Shown piece by piece: positions 28,198 to 37,017 of a stretch of 57,096 nt of DNA (positions within the stretch are counted from its first letter, which is position 1; every line of letters begins with the position of its first letter). The notes beneath the pieces were generated by a model. The model was given only the letters and a program-made list of their open reading frames with translations. It was not told where the DNA came from and made no database searches. Where the stretch lies: NCBI GenBank assembly GCA_018060515.1, contig JAGOVY010000001.1, positions 1 to 57,096 of the forward strand, given 5' to 3'. The position numbers and the translations under genes are program-made. Origin of the DNA: Anaerolineaceae bacterium. GTDB lineage: Bacteria > Chloroflexota > Anaerolineae > Anaerolineales > Anaerolineaceae.

Positions 28198-31100
28198 ATG
28201 CCTTCAAATATTCCGGTTATACGAACCAAAACTCTTATCCCACGACGACGCAGCGAGATTCTTTCCCGCCCAAGGCTATTGTCGGTTCTGAATAATTTAC
28301 TGGATCTCAAGCTTCTGATTATTGCCGCTCCGGCAGGATACGGCAAAACTTCGCTGCTGGTTGATTTTTCGCATCATACCCAGGTACCTGTTTGTTGGTT
28401 CGCTCTCGATCAGCTTGACAGTGACCCCAAACGCTTTATCGCCCATTTCATTCTGTCAATTCAGTGTAAATTCCCGGCTTTCGGTCAAATGGCTATGGCT
28501 GCACTCAATGATTTGAGCCAGGACGAGATGAACCTCGACCCGGTGATTTCTGCTGTCGTAAACGATGCCTATGAAAATATCTCGGAGCATTTCATTTTGG
28601 TGCTGGATGATTATCACCTGGTGCGCGAGAGTAAACCAATTGAGGCTTTCATTAACCGCATCATTCAAGAATCAGCTGAAAACTGTCATTACATTATCGC
28701 CTCACGCACCCTGCTGACGCTGCCTGACTTAAGCTTGCTCGTGGCGCGTTCACAAGTTGACGGTTTGAGTTTTGAAGAACTGGCATTCTTGCCAGAAGAG
28801 ATCAAACAACTCATGGCTGTCAATTACCATCAAAGCATAAGTGACCAAAAGGCTGAGGAAATGATTACCCGCACAGAAGGCTGGATTACGGGCTTGCTGC
28901 TTACAGCCCAACTTTCACCACGCGGTTCTTATGAACGCAGCCGGATTGAGAAAGTTTCGGGGGTTGGAATTTATGAATACCTGACCCAGCAGGTCTTTGA
29001 CCGGCAGCCGCTTTCCATGCAGAATTTTCTGCTGCGAACTTCAATTTTGGAAGAATTCGATGCTGCTCTGTGTGAAAAAGTGGTCGGCAAAGCACTGGGG
29101 TTGGCGGGGCAGAATTGGGACGAGGTGATTGAGAAAATTCAACGCGATAATCTCTTCGTCCTGCCTGTCGGAGATGAAACACTTTTTCTGCGTTACCATC
29201 ATCTTTTTCGTGATTTTCTGCAAAATCGGATGCGTCTGGAACGCCCGGAAGAAACGCTGAAAATCGAAACTGCACTGGCACAACATTACGAGAGTGTGCA
29301 AGAATGGGAACGGGCAGTCTCCATCCATCTTCGGATCGGAACCCCAAAACAGCAGACTGAAATCATTCGTAAAGCTGCCCCAACCATGATTCTCAGCGGT
29401 CGTATGGTTACCCTGTCAGACTGGTTAAACACGCTTCCTGACAACCTCTCCGTAAAAATGCCGGAACTGATTTCAATTCGCGGCACAATTGCCATGCACA
29501 GGGGTGATTACCACGGCAGCCTGGATCTCTTGGATCGGGCGATTCTTGACCTGCGTGCCGCAGGCTCTGGTGAAGAACTCGCCGCCGCGCTTGTGAGGCG
29601 CAGCGCTGTAAATCGTCACCTTGGGCATTATGAGAACGCGCTAAAAGATGCCCATGACGCGATCGAGTTGACGAAGCCTCCCTTCGGTGCTCCACAAAAT
29701 TATGCTGAAGCGCTGCGCGCCGAAGGGTTGGTGTACTACCAGCTTGGCGAGCTGAATGACGCACAATGGAAACTTCGGGAATCTTATCGCCGGTTTCAAG
29801 ATTTAGGGTTGGAGTCAGATGCTGCCAAGGTGCTCTTGGATCTTGGCGTGGTGTATTCCGTTCGTGCAGATTATGACCAAAGCGAGAAATGTTATGCAGA
29901 CTCGCTTGAGTATTGGCAGGCGGTACAAAACCCGCTCTGGCTGGCAAATGTTCTCAACAATATCGGCATGATTCAGTATTTGCGCAGCCAATATGAACAA
30001 GCGGTAATTACGCTTGAAAGATCGTTGGCATACGCTAAATTAGCAAACCCCAGGCTGGAAGGGTATGCGCTAACCAGCCTGGGCGACCTCTACCGCGATG
30101 TGCGCGCCTTAAAAGAAGCTCGACAGGCATACAACCAGGCGTTAATAATCGTTCAAGAAGCAGCTGATCTCTCATTGGTAATCTACCTCACGCTGGCACT
30201 GGCGGTGCTTGACCGTATTTCAGGCAATTTCTCCTCTGCGCAGGAAGGAATCTCATCTGCCATGAAGAAGGCGCAGAGCAGCGGCTCAAGATACGAGATT
30301 AACCTCTGTGCGCTCGAACAAGCAGTATTGGATTTAAAGAAGGGTAATGTTGAAAACCTCGAGGGTGTTTTTTCACAACTGGAAAACTTCTTCACTGCCG
30401 CCGGCTATCAACTTGAAGGATTCAAAGCCGCAACATACCTGAGGCTGACAACATTAAAAACAGGCTCTGACATGCTGTTTGATAACCACGAAAGTATCTC
30501 AGATGGAGTCGAGGTTAATTTCGGCCAGGCTTTGGTGCAAATTGGGTTGGAGTTCCGTGAAGAACTGATTCAGAGTCAGTCACATGCCAATCCCCTCTCA
30601 TCCTGGACTCAATTATTAGCGAATGTAAACGCCTTCGAGCAACTTATACCGCAAATTCATCGCATCATTCGTCATCATTCCTCGACAGTGGAGTTCACGA
30701 ATCCCAAGCTGACCATCCGCGGGTTTGGACGCATGCAGGTTAAGGTAGGCAACCGCACCATAACCGGAAAAGATTGGAAAACCCAGGTTGTGCGTGACCT
30801 CTTTTTCTATCTCCTCTCGCATCCTGAGGGTGTAACCAAAGAAGAAGTTGGGTTGGCTTTTTGGCCAGAGGCTGATAGTGACACGGTAAAGCTGCGTTTT
30901 AAAAACACGATCTACCGTTTAAGAAGAGCCATCGGCAAAGAAAGTATTACTTTTGAAGATGACCTGTATCGATTCAATCGCACCATCGATTATGACTACG
31001 ATGTGGATACTTTTAATTTTGAATTGGCGAATGCAAAGAGGGAAAAAGGAACAAAGAAAGAGTTCGAGCATTTCCGCGCAGCCATTGCCAGCTACCACGG

Positions 31101-31431
31101 CACTCTACTCCCCAAGTTAGATCAAGAATGGGTGATGCTGCCAAGAGAACAATATCACCAAGCTTTTATGAACACCGTTTTATCGTTGATGAATTTGTAT
31201 CATAAAGCCGGTAAATACGCTCAGGCTGTTGCTCTGGCAAACCGTGCGCTTGAAGAAGATAATTACAATGAAGAAATTTACCGTTCTTCGATGATGGCTT
31301 ATTCGGCATTGAACGACCGATCCGCCATTTCGCGTCAGTTTGAACATTGCAAGATCGTATTAAAAAGAGACCTCAACCTGGAACCCTCATCGCAAACAAC
31401 CAGCTTGTATGAAACCTTGATGCGGAAATGA
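28198..31431 (+). CDS. large STAND-type regulator: N-terminal MalT-like P-loop NTPase, central TPR array, C-terminal SARP module (OmpR-type winged helix plus BTAD)
   Basis: Walker A IIAAPAGYGKTSLL and Walker B ILVLDDYH. TPR-like repeats span roughly aa 450-700. The C-terminus TIRGFGRMQVKVGNRTITGKDWKTQVVRDLFFYLLSHPEGVTKEEVGLAFWPE...LRFKNTIYRLRRAIG plus ...EEIYRSSMMAYSALNDRSAISRQFEHCKIVLKRDLNLEPSSQTTSLYETL is typical of SARP/BTAD. Confidence 0.85.
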   Translation: MPSNIPVIRTKTLIPRRRSEILSRPRLLSVLNNLLDLKLLIIAAPAGYGKTSLLVDFSHHTQVPVCWFALDQLDSDPKRFIAHFILSIQCKFPAFGQMAMAALNDLSQDEMNLDPVISAVVNDAYENISEHFILVLDDYHLVRESKPIEAFINRIIQESAENCHYIIASRTLLTLPDLSLLVARSQVDGLSFEELAFLPEEIKQLMAVNYHQSISDQKAEEMITRTEGWITGLLLTAQLSPRGSYERSRIEKVSGVGIYEYLTQQVFDRQPLSMQNFLLRTSILEEFDAALCEKVVGKALGLAGQNWDEVIEKIQRDNLFVLPVGDETLFLRYHHLFRDFLQNRMRLERPEETLKIETALAQHYESVQEWERAVSIHLRIGTPKQQTEIIRKAAPTMILSGRMVTLSDWLNTLPDNLSVKMPELISIRGTIAMHRGDYHGSLDLLDRAILDLRAAGSGEELAAALVRRSAVNRHLGHYENALKDAHDAIELTKPPFGAPQNYAEALRAEGLVYYQLGELNDAQWKLRESYRRFQDLGLESDAAKVLLDLGVVYSVRADYDQSEKCYADSLEYWQAVQNPLWLANVLNNIGMIQYLRSQYEQAVITLERSLAYAKLANPRLEGYALTSLGDLYRDVRALKEARQAYNQALIIVQEAADLSLVIYLTLALAVLDRISGNFSSAQEGISSAMKKAQSSGSRYEINLCALEQAVLDLKKGNVENLEGVFSQLENFFTAAGYQLEGFKAATYLRLTTLKTGSDMLFDNHESISDGVEVNFGQALVQIGLEFREELIQSQSHANPLSSWTQLLANVNAFEQLIPQIHRIIRHHSSTVEFTNPKLTIRGFGRMQVKVGNRTITGKDWKTQVVRDLFFYLLSHPEGVTKEEVGLAFWPEADSDTVKLRFKNTIYRLRRAIGKESITFEDDLYRFNRTIDYDYDVDTFNFELANAKREKGTKKEFEHFRAAIASYHGTLLPKLDQEWVMLPREQYHQAFMNTVLSLMNLYHKAGKYAQAVALANRALEEDNYNEEIYRSSMMAYSALNDRSAISRQFEHCKIVLKRDLNLEPSSQTTSLYETLMRK

Positions 31432-31530
31432 ACCATTACCTGAGGTTACAACTGACCTGAAAGAGACAAATAACGTGCCAGTCTCTCAATTCTCGGAGTT
31501 AAACTTTATGATATTTACCTGGTTTTTGAG

Positions 31531-31572
31531 TGCAAAATGCATCCTGTTTTGCATCCTGTATGCTGGCATAAT
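31531..31572 (+). promoter_or_regulatory. tandem direct repeats (TGCATCCTGT x2, 12-bp register) next to a -10-like box; candidate SARP-dependent promoter
   Basis: TGCATCCTGT at 31538-31547 and 31550-31559. CATAAT/TAATAA follows at 31567-31574, 7-9 bp downstream. There is no -35 box. The element lies between the SARP regulator gene and the downstream cluster. Confidence 0.35.
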
Positions 31573-31615
31573 AATCAAATAACTGATCAAACTATAAAAC
31601 CTAAGGAGTTTTACA

Positions 31616-31723
31616 ATGAAATCACTTACAAGCAAAGCAAAATTGGTTTACTTCGTCCTCATCCTCGTTGTCTTCGCACTCGCAGCTGGCGCGCCTTTTG
31701 CCACTGGTTCTGTTGGCGGATAA
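31616..31723 (+). CDS. 35-aa small hydrophobic peptide (not in ORF track)
   Basis: AAGGAG (31603-31608), a 7-nt spacer, then ATG. Translation: MKSLTSKAKLVYFVLILVVFALAAGAPFATGSVGG, stop TAA at 31721. It ends 11 nt before the next gene. Confidence 0.45.
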   Translation: MKSLTSKAKLVYFVLILVVFALAAGAPFATGSVGG

Positions 31724-31734
31724 TTACCCCATAA

Positions 31735-32304
31735 ATGATCCTTGTTGCCGCCGTCTTGATAGGACTGGCCGCCGGGATCTTGAGGGCAAGGGCTGGGGGA
31801 AGAGAATATCGGGTATTTGAACTTAGAGCAACCCTATTGGTGCTGGTAGCGTTTATACCCCAACTTCTCATCTTTTTCCTTCCGTTTAGCCGAACACAGA
31901 TTCCAACCAACATCGCGTCCATCCTTCACATCACTTCGCTATTAGCACTGATTGTTTTTTCGTTCTTTAATATCCAAAAGACAAGTTTCTGGCCAATCAT
32001 TACCGGCTTTTTGATGAATGCCTTGGTTATTGTGCTGAATGGCGGTTGGATGCCCATCAGCCCCGACACAATGCAAAAAATCAACGCCGGAACCTGGCAA
32101 ATCGGAAACCGTGTTGGCTTTAGCAAAGACATTTTGCTGCAGCGAGATGAAACCAGGTTATGGTTCCTAAGTGACAGATTTACCTTACCCGCCTGGTTAA
32201 ATTACCAGGTAGCTTTCAGCCTGGGCGACATTTTTATTTTTGTCGGTATCATCTCTCTGCTTTGGTCTCTTGGCGGAGCGAAGAAGGATAAAGTTAAGGA
32301 GTAA
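31735..32304 (+). CDS. DUF5317-like integral membrane protein (189 aa)
   Basis: Five or six TM helices and the motif LNGGWMPIS. The C-terminus LPAWLNYQVAFSLGDIFIFVG matches my recollection of DUF5317, which is often found next to HD-GYP or GGDEF genes. Confidence 0.62.
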   Translation: MILVAAVLIGLAAGILRARAGGREYRVFELRATLLVLVAFIPQLLIFFLPFSRTQIPTNIASILHITSLLALIVFSFFNIQKTSFWPIITGFLMNALVIVLNGGWMPISPDTMQKINAGTWQIGNRVGFSKDILLQRDETRLWFLSDRFTLPAWLNYQVAFSLGDIFIFVGIISLLWSLGGAKKDKVKE

Positions 32305-32308
32305 GAAA

Positions 32309-32593
32309 ATGAGTAATATTTTTCATGATTATCATCGTCACGATGAGGGCATTCTTCAGCAGGAGCGTGAGTATAGCCGTATCCTGACAGCAGCCGTTGT
32401 TAACGAAAAATTTCGCAAATTATTATTAACCAACCCCGGTGTGGCAATCAAAAAAGGGTTTGCAGGTGAAGCTTTCCATCTCGGTGCAGAAGATACCCGC
32501 CGTATTGCCGACATTAAAGTAACAACCTTGGCAGAATTTGCCCGACAGATGAAAGCTGCAGCCCCGAAACACCCCGCACCTGTTTTGGATTAA
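32309..32593 (+). CDS. 94-aa soluble protein with an NHLP (nitrile-hydratase-leader-peptide)-like core
   Basis: Start at ATG 32309 after AAGGAG. The segment SRILTAAVVNEKFRKLLLTNPGVAIKKGFAGEAFHLGAED resembles the xxFRxxLLxNPxxAI helix pair of NHLP-clan proteins. Confidence 0.55.
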   Translation: MSNIFHDYHRHDEGILQQEREYSRILTAAVVNEKFRKLLLTNPGVAIKKGFAGEAFHLGAEDTRRIADIKVTTLAEFARQMKAAAPKHPAPVLD

Positions 32594-32668
32594 TTTCTCT
32601 CAACCATTCTGTATTCTCACCTGCGAATTTCGCGGGATCGATTACTTGTTTTCACCAGGGTCTGTTGT

Positions 32669-33802
32669 ATGACTCATACAATCAATCGTGTGCAGAGGGT
32701 CGATACCCTCAAAGCAGCAGTTGACAGCCTATCTTTGAAAGAAAAGAGGGCTGAGCTTACCGATTTTAACCCTTTCAGCACCAACACCGAAAATATTGAA
32801 TCACTGACTCAAAACGCTGCACGGCAAATCGCTGAGCTTCTTGAAACTGACGAATGTCAGATTTTACTGGCCGGTTTCAACGGTCAGTGCCGCTGCCGAT
32901 CATTTTTCTCCAAAACTACGGCAGAGATTTATCCGGCGAACAAGATCAACCCTAAGCTGATGGAAGAAACCTGTAACAGACTGCTGAATCTGCCCGAAAA
33001 CATACACCGCTACCTGACACAAGCACAACTCTCCGACGAAGAAAAAGCCAACCTGGAACTCAGCCCAAACTTGTTTTATTGGATTGTTCCTGTGAAGATT
33101 AAACCTCGCGATTTTATGTTGCTCATCTTGGGGCGATCTTTCGCCAACGATCCCTCTGTTTTTTCAAATGATGAATATTACATGGTAGACCTGATAGCCG
33201 ACCAGTTAGTGAGCGTCATTGCCCGCACACAAACATGCGAACGCATCGAGCCATTATCCATTGAACCCTTGGTAATCTTTTTAAAAACACTTGAAAACCG
33301 CGGCTTGCACAACGCCTCGCATAGCCGGCAAATGGCAGTTTATTCAGAGAAACTGGCGGCACTGTATCACTTTTCCGCCCGAGAAACGCGAGAACTGTGC
33401 TGGGCGGCTTTGCTGCACGATGTTGGTAAGATCTGCGTAAGCGATAGCATCCTCAAGAAAACCACCACGCTGACTTCAAATGAATGGGAAATTATTAAGA
33501 CCCATCCCAAGATAGGCGCCCAAATTGTCGGCGGCGTATCGGGTCTTGAAAAGATCGCGCCGTTAATATTTGCACATCATGAGCGCGTTGATGGAAAAGG
33601 CTACCCGCTGGGCTTGAAAGGAGATGACATTCCTTTGGGTTCGCGAATCCTTTCGATTGTTGATGCTTACACCACCATGATTTCCGGACGGCCGTACCAG
33701 GCAAAGTACACGCATGATGAAGCGTTGATGGAGTTAGCCAACCACTCAGGTTCGGCTTTTGACCCACAGGTATTGGAAAATTTTTTCAGTATATTTGATT
33801 GA
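32669..33802 (+). CDS. HD-GYP domain protein (cyclic-di-GMP phosphodiesterase type) with an N-terminal GAF-like sensor region
   Basis: HSRQMAVYS...ALLHDVGKI...HPKIGAQIV...HHERVDGKGYPLGL...SIVDAYTTMISGRPY. Confidence 0.87.
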   Translation: MTHTINRVQRVDTLKAAVDSLSLKEKRAELTDFNPFSTNTENIESLTQNAARQIAELLETDECQILLAGFNGQCRCRSFFSKTTAEIYPANKINPKLMEETCNRLLNLPENIHRYLTQAQLSDEEKANLELSPNLFYWIVPVKIKPRDFMLLILGRSFANDPSVFSNDEYYMVDLIADQLVSVIARTQTCERIEPLSIEPLVIFLKTLENRGLHNASHSRQMAVYSEKLAALYHFSARETRELCWAALLHDVGKICVSDSILKKTTTLTSNEWEIIKTHPKIGAQIVGGVSGLEKIAPLIFAHHERVDGKGYPLGLKGDDIPLGSRILSIVDAYTTMISGRPYQAKYTHDEALMELANHSGSAFDPQVLENFFSIFD

Positions 33803-33864
33803 TTTTTAACTTGACATTTTCGCTTGGTTCCAAGCGTTCGAACAATTCTTCGCTGAAGGGGGAA

Positions 33865-33907
33865 AAAGGAAACGGATGGCTATGGGCTTGAGCCATCCGT
33901 TTCCTTT
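33865..33907. terminator. perfect 17-bp hairpin between convergent genes
   Basis: AAAGGAAACGGATGGCT (33865-33881) / AGCCATCCGTTTCCTTT (33891-33907), with a 9-nt loop. Confidence 0.6.
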
Positions 33908-33923
33908 GCTATCAACACTTGAA

Positions 33924-34742
33924 TTATCCATCAAGGCGAAGTTCTTTTCGAAGCTGCTGAACAGCACCCCGTGCAGCTTCACGCCCGGCTTCGATGATCA
34001 ACGAGCTGTCTTTGAAACCCCATGGGGGAAAATTCGACACCTCTGGACGAATATAACAATTGGATTGATCCTCTGCCGGTCTCGCAGAGCGATTGTGCAT
34101 AATTGTCATCATAAAAACCAATACTTCAAACAAGCTCTGAGGATTCTTCCCTTGCCCGATGTGATGCGACACATCGCTCGAAATCAGATATTTTCCGCCC
34201 ATGGCTCTCACTTGCTCGACGGGCAAGTTGTCGACCACACCCCCATCAACAAGCATGAGATTGTTGATTAAGACGGGCGAAAACAATCCGGGGATTGCCG
34301 CGCTAGCCCGCACTGCAGGGGCGAGAGGTCCATCCTCTAACACCACCCTTTCACCATTACTGATGTCGCAGCAAATCGCGGCAAACGGGATGTTAAGATC
34401 TTTAAACTCTATATCACCAAGTTTCTGCCGTAAGAACTCCTCCATAGGCTGCGTGTCAAAAACAGAAAGAGACTGTCGTTTTGAAAGCTTGATCAGGGTT
34501 GGCCAGCTCATGGAGCGAAAGAGCGTCTCTATTTCAGATAATGGTATGCCCGCGCAATAAGCTGCTCCTACCAACGCCCCTGCGCTGGTTCCGGCAACAA
34601 AATCGGGCTTGATTCCATTTTCTTCCAATACCTGCAAAACGCCAACATGCGCTGCGCCTAATGTTGCTCCGCCGCTCAGCGCGATGCCGATGGTTTTTCG
34701 TTTGAAAATAAACGGGAAGTTTTTAACCAGCTGATTCATCAT
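33924..34742 (-). CDS. patatin-like phospholipase
   Basis: Oxyanion GGATLG, nucleophile elbow GTSAG, and DGG (LVDGGVVDNLP). Confidence 0.87.
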   Translation of the reverse strand: MMNQLVKNFPFIFKRKTIGIALSGGATLGAAHVGVLQVLEENGIKPDFVAGTSAGALVGAAYCAGIPLSEIETLFRSMSWPTLIKLSKRQSLSVFDTQPMEEFLRQKLGDIEFKDLNIPFAAICCDISNGERVVLEDGPLAPAVRASAAIPGLFSPVLINNLMLVDGGVVDNLPVEQVRAMGGKYLISSDVSHHIGQGKNPQSLFEVLVFMMTIMHNRSARPAEDQSNCYIRPEVSNFPPWGFKDSSLIIEAGREAARGAVQQLRKELRLDG

Positions 34743-34856
34743 TTTATTTACTGCCTCTCATAGTAATAGATTCGAAGGATGCATCAAACCGAACCTGAAG
34801 CGTAGTTCAAGTATAATTTTCAAACATATTTTATCCTATGATTGGCGGAGTGATTA

Positions 34857-35606
34857 ATGAGTATTACTGACGCACTACAACAAGAGATTGTTGAGGGAGA
34901 GATTTTGGCGGTACAGGTGGGGCTATGGCGTACAGCAGTGCTTGCCAAAACAGAAAATGGAATCCGATGTGGTCTGGCTGCATCTTTATCCAACCAGGAT
35001 GCCCGCAATAAAAAATTATTTGCCGTGAAAGATGCTGGAAGATTACACACTAAGGGCTATCGCGAGTTGGCCGCAATGATCGATTCCACCAGTCAAACCG
35101 AAGCTTCCATTGGGTTGGCAACTATTAATGCGCTGCTGCCCGCTGAACCCCTGCCGTTTATTGAAGAAAACGCCAGTAAGTACCTGACAGAGCATTGCTC
35201 TGGTAAGAAAATCGCTCTAATCGGGCATTTCCCTTTCATCGAGCTTCTACGTGGTAAATTTCAAAATCTTTGGGTGTTCGAATTGAACCCGCGCGATGAT
35301 GATCTACCTGCTGCCTTAGCCCCAGAGTATCTGCCGCAGGCTGATGTTGTGGTGCTCACTGCAACGACCTTGGTGAACCATACTTTTGAGGGTCTTATGC
35401 CATATTGCCAAAACGCAACTCGGGTTCTTATGGTTGGCCCCAGTACACCAATCAGCTCTGTTATGTTTAATTCTGGTCTTACCACCCTTTCAGGGACAAT
35501 TGTACTCAAACCTGAAGAAACCCTATTGGGAATCGGACAGGCGGGTTCGATGCATGCTTTGCAGGAACAGGGCTATGTAAGGCAAGTTACTACAGAAAAG
35601 GTATAA
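34857..35606 (+). CDS. DUF4213/DUF364-like Rossmann-fold protein (putative metal-chelate handling)
   Basis: 249 aa with an N-terminal beta-rich part and a C-terminal Rossmann-like part (KKIALIGHFPF...ADVVVLTATTLVNHT). The architecture matches my recollection of DUF364 proteins. Confidence 0.55.
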   Translation: MSITDALQQEIVEGEILAVQVGLWRTAVLAKTENGIRCGLAASLSNQDARNKKLFAVKDAGRLHTKGYRELAAMIDSTSQTEASIGLATINALLPAEPLPFIEENASKYLTEHCSGKKIALIGHFPFIELLRGKFQNLWVFELNPRDDDLPAALAPEYLPQADVVVLTATTLVNHTFEGLMPYCQNATRVLMVGPSTPISSVMFNSGLTTLSGTIVLKPEETLLGIGQAGSMHALQEQGYVRQVTTEKV

Positions 35607-35674
35607 GCTTTTTCAACCCGTTGTTTCCAATCAGGGTAAGTTTCGGGCTGGCGCTTCGCTGTGCCACGTCCATC

Positions 35675-36232
35675 TTACCCTGGTGAGCAGGCTGAGATAA
35701 TTTTTTCTTTAAGCTCGCTGAGTACATTGGCCCGGTTTTCGACGGCGAGGTAAACTACTTCAGCATCTGGCCAGTGCATGGCAGCGATATTGCTGAGCAA
35801 ATTCCGAACCACAATCACGGCTACATCGAAGTCATGTGTGTTTATCATTGGGATGGCAGAGACGAATCCCCGCCCTCTTTCAAACTCAAGCGGACCCAAT
35901 TCATCAATGATGAATACCTGGCAAGGTAAAGCTTTTTCGATAACCTGATTCCCCCAATCAACCACTTCTGCATTGAACTGCCAGCGCATAGTAGACAGCT
36001 CATCATCAATCGCGCGGGTGTTTAGTTCTGCCAGCCGTTTTACCTGCCCTTGATGCAAATCGACCAGATCTATGCTGGTTTTTTCACCATTTGTAAAAAC
36101 TGGAGGGGAGATCAAGCCTTCAATGTGTAGTTCTTCGTGTTTAAGATCATCAATCAAGTTCAGCAATAACGAAGTTTTTCCGGAACCGATTTCACCACTG
36201 AGAACTATGATGATTCCATTTCCGGAACTCAT
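35675..36232 (-). CDS. P-loop NTPase (THEP1/DUF2478-like)
   Basis: Walker A LSGEIGSGKTSLL and Walker B VFIIDELGPLE. It overlaps the upstream ABC ATPase gene by 4 nt. Confidence 0.65.
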   Translation of the reverse strand: MSSGNGIIIVLSGEIGSGKTSLLLNLIDDLKHEELHIEGLISPPVFTNGEKTSIDLVDLHQGQVKRLAELNTRAIDDELSTMRWQFNAEVVDWGNQVIEKALPCQVFIIDELGPLEFERGRGFVSAIPMINTHDFDVAVIVVRNLLSNIAAMHWPDAEVVYLAVENRANVLSELKEKIISACSPG

Positions 36233-37017
36233 GCCAGTCTTTCCATCGACTTCACAATCAACAATCCATCCAAATGCATCACTTCGATCGGCGTACCGTA
36301 AGTCAGGCTCAACTTGTCATTCGTAAATGTCGTTTCCATTGAACCTGCATCCAATACCTGACCAGCGCGCATCAACACAAGAGAATCTGCAACCAGAGCT
36401 GCGGCTTCGGGATCATGGGTGGTGAAGATTACAGTTGTTCCATTGTTGCGTAATTGATGCATCAGCCGCAAGGTAATGTTGCGATTAGCAAGGTCGAGAT
36501 GTGAAGAAGGTTCATCCAGCAATAGGATTTTGGGTCTTTGCGCCAAGGCTCTGGCGAGCGTCACGAGTTGTTGTTCGCCACCGCTCAGTGCCAACACAGA
36601 ACGGTTGGCAAGCATCTCGATGCCGATCTCCTTCAATGCGCTGCCTGCAATTTCAATATCTTTTTCACTGGGAAGCTCGAGTGGTCCTAAATAAGGCGCT
36701 CGACCGAGCAGTACATATTCGAGTACGGTATATTCAAAAGCCAGGTTTTCAGATTGTGGAACAAGACCGATCCACTGGCTCAGTTCATTTCGAGAATAGT
36801 GCCCAAGCGGTTTATTGATTAAATTTATCGATCCCTTGGAAGGATGTTTCAAACCCAAAAGAAGGTGGAGCAGTGTGGTTTTTCCCGCGCCATTAGGGCC
36901 AAGAATTGCAGTTACTGTTTGAGGGAGAATTGAAAAACTAACCGCTTCAACTGCTGATGGAGTGCCCGGGTTGTATGAAAAACTCAGGTTTTCGATGGTT
37001 AATATTGGCGCGGTCAT
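36229..37017 (-). CDS. ABC transporter ATP-binding protein (FecE/BtuD-type iron-chelate/cobalamin class)
   Basis: GPNGAGKTTLL, LSGGEQQLVTLARAL, LLLDEPSSHLD. Confidence 0.9.
   Translation of the reverse strand: MTAPILTIENLSFSYNPGTPSAVEAVSFSILPQTVTAILGPNGAGKTTLLHLLLGLKHPSKGSINLINKPLGHYSRNELSQWIGLVPQSENLAFEYTVLEYVLLGRAPYLGPLELPSEKDIEIAGSALKEIGIEMLANRSVLALSGGEQQLVTLARALAQRPKILLLDEPSSHLDLANRNITLRLMHQLRNNGTTVIFTTHDPEAAALVADSLVLMRAGQVLDAGSMETTFTNDKLSLTYGTPIEVMHLDGLLIVKSMERLA

Noticed and set aside
28198-31431. STAND NTPase-TPR protein as an Avs/NLR-like anti-phage sensor
   Set aside because: There is no nuclease, protease, TIR or other effector domain. The C-terminus is a SARP DNA-binding module, so a transcription-factor role is the more economical reading.
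33924-34742. Patatin-like phospholipase as a CBASS or other anti-phage effector
   Set aside because: No CD-NTase, cyclase, SMODS/SAVED, E1/E2 or other defence partner gene is adjacent. It is a monocistronic unit between a strong hairpin and an unrelated divergent gene.
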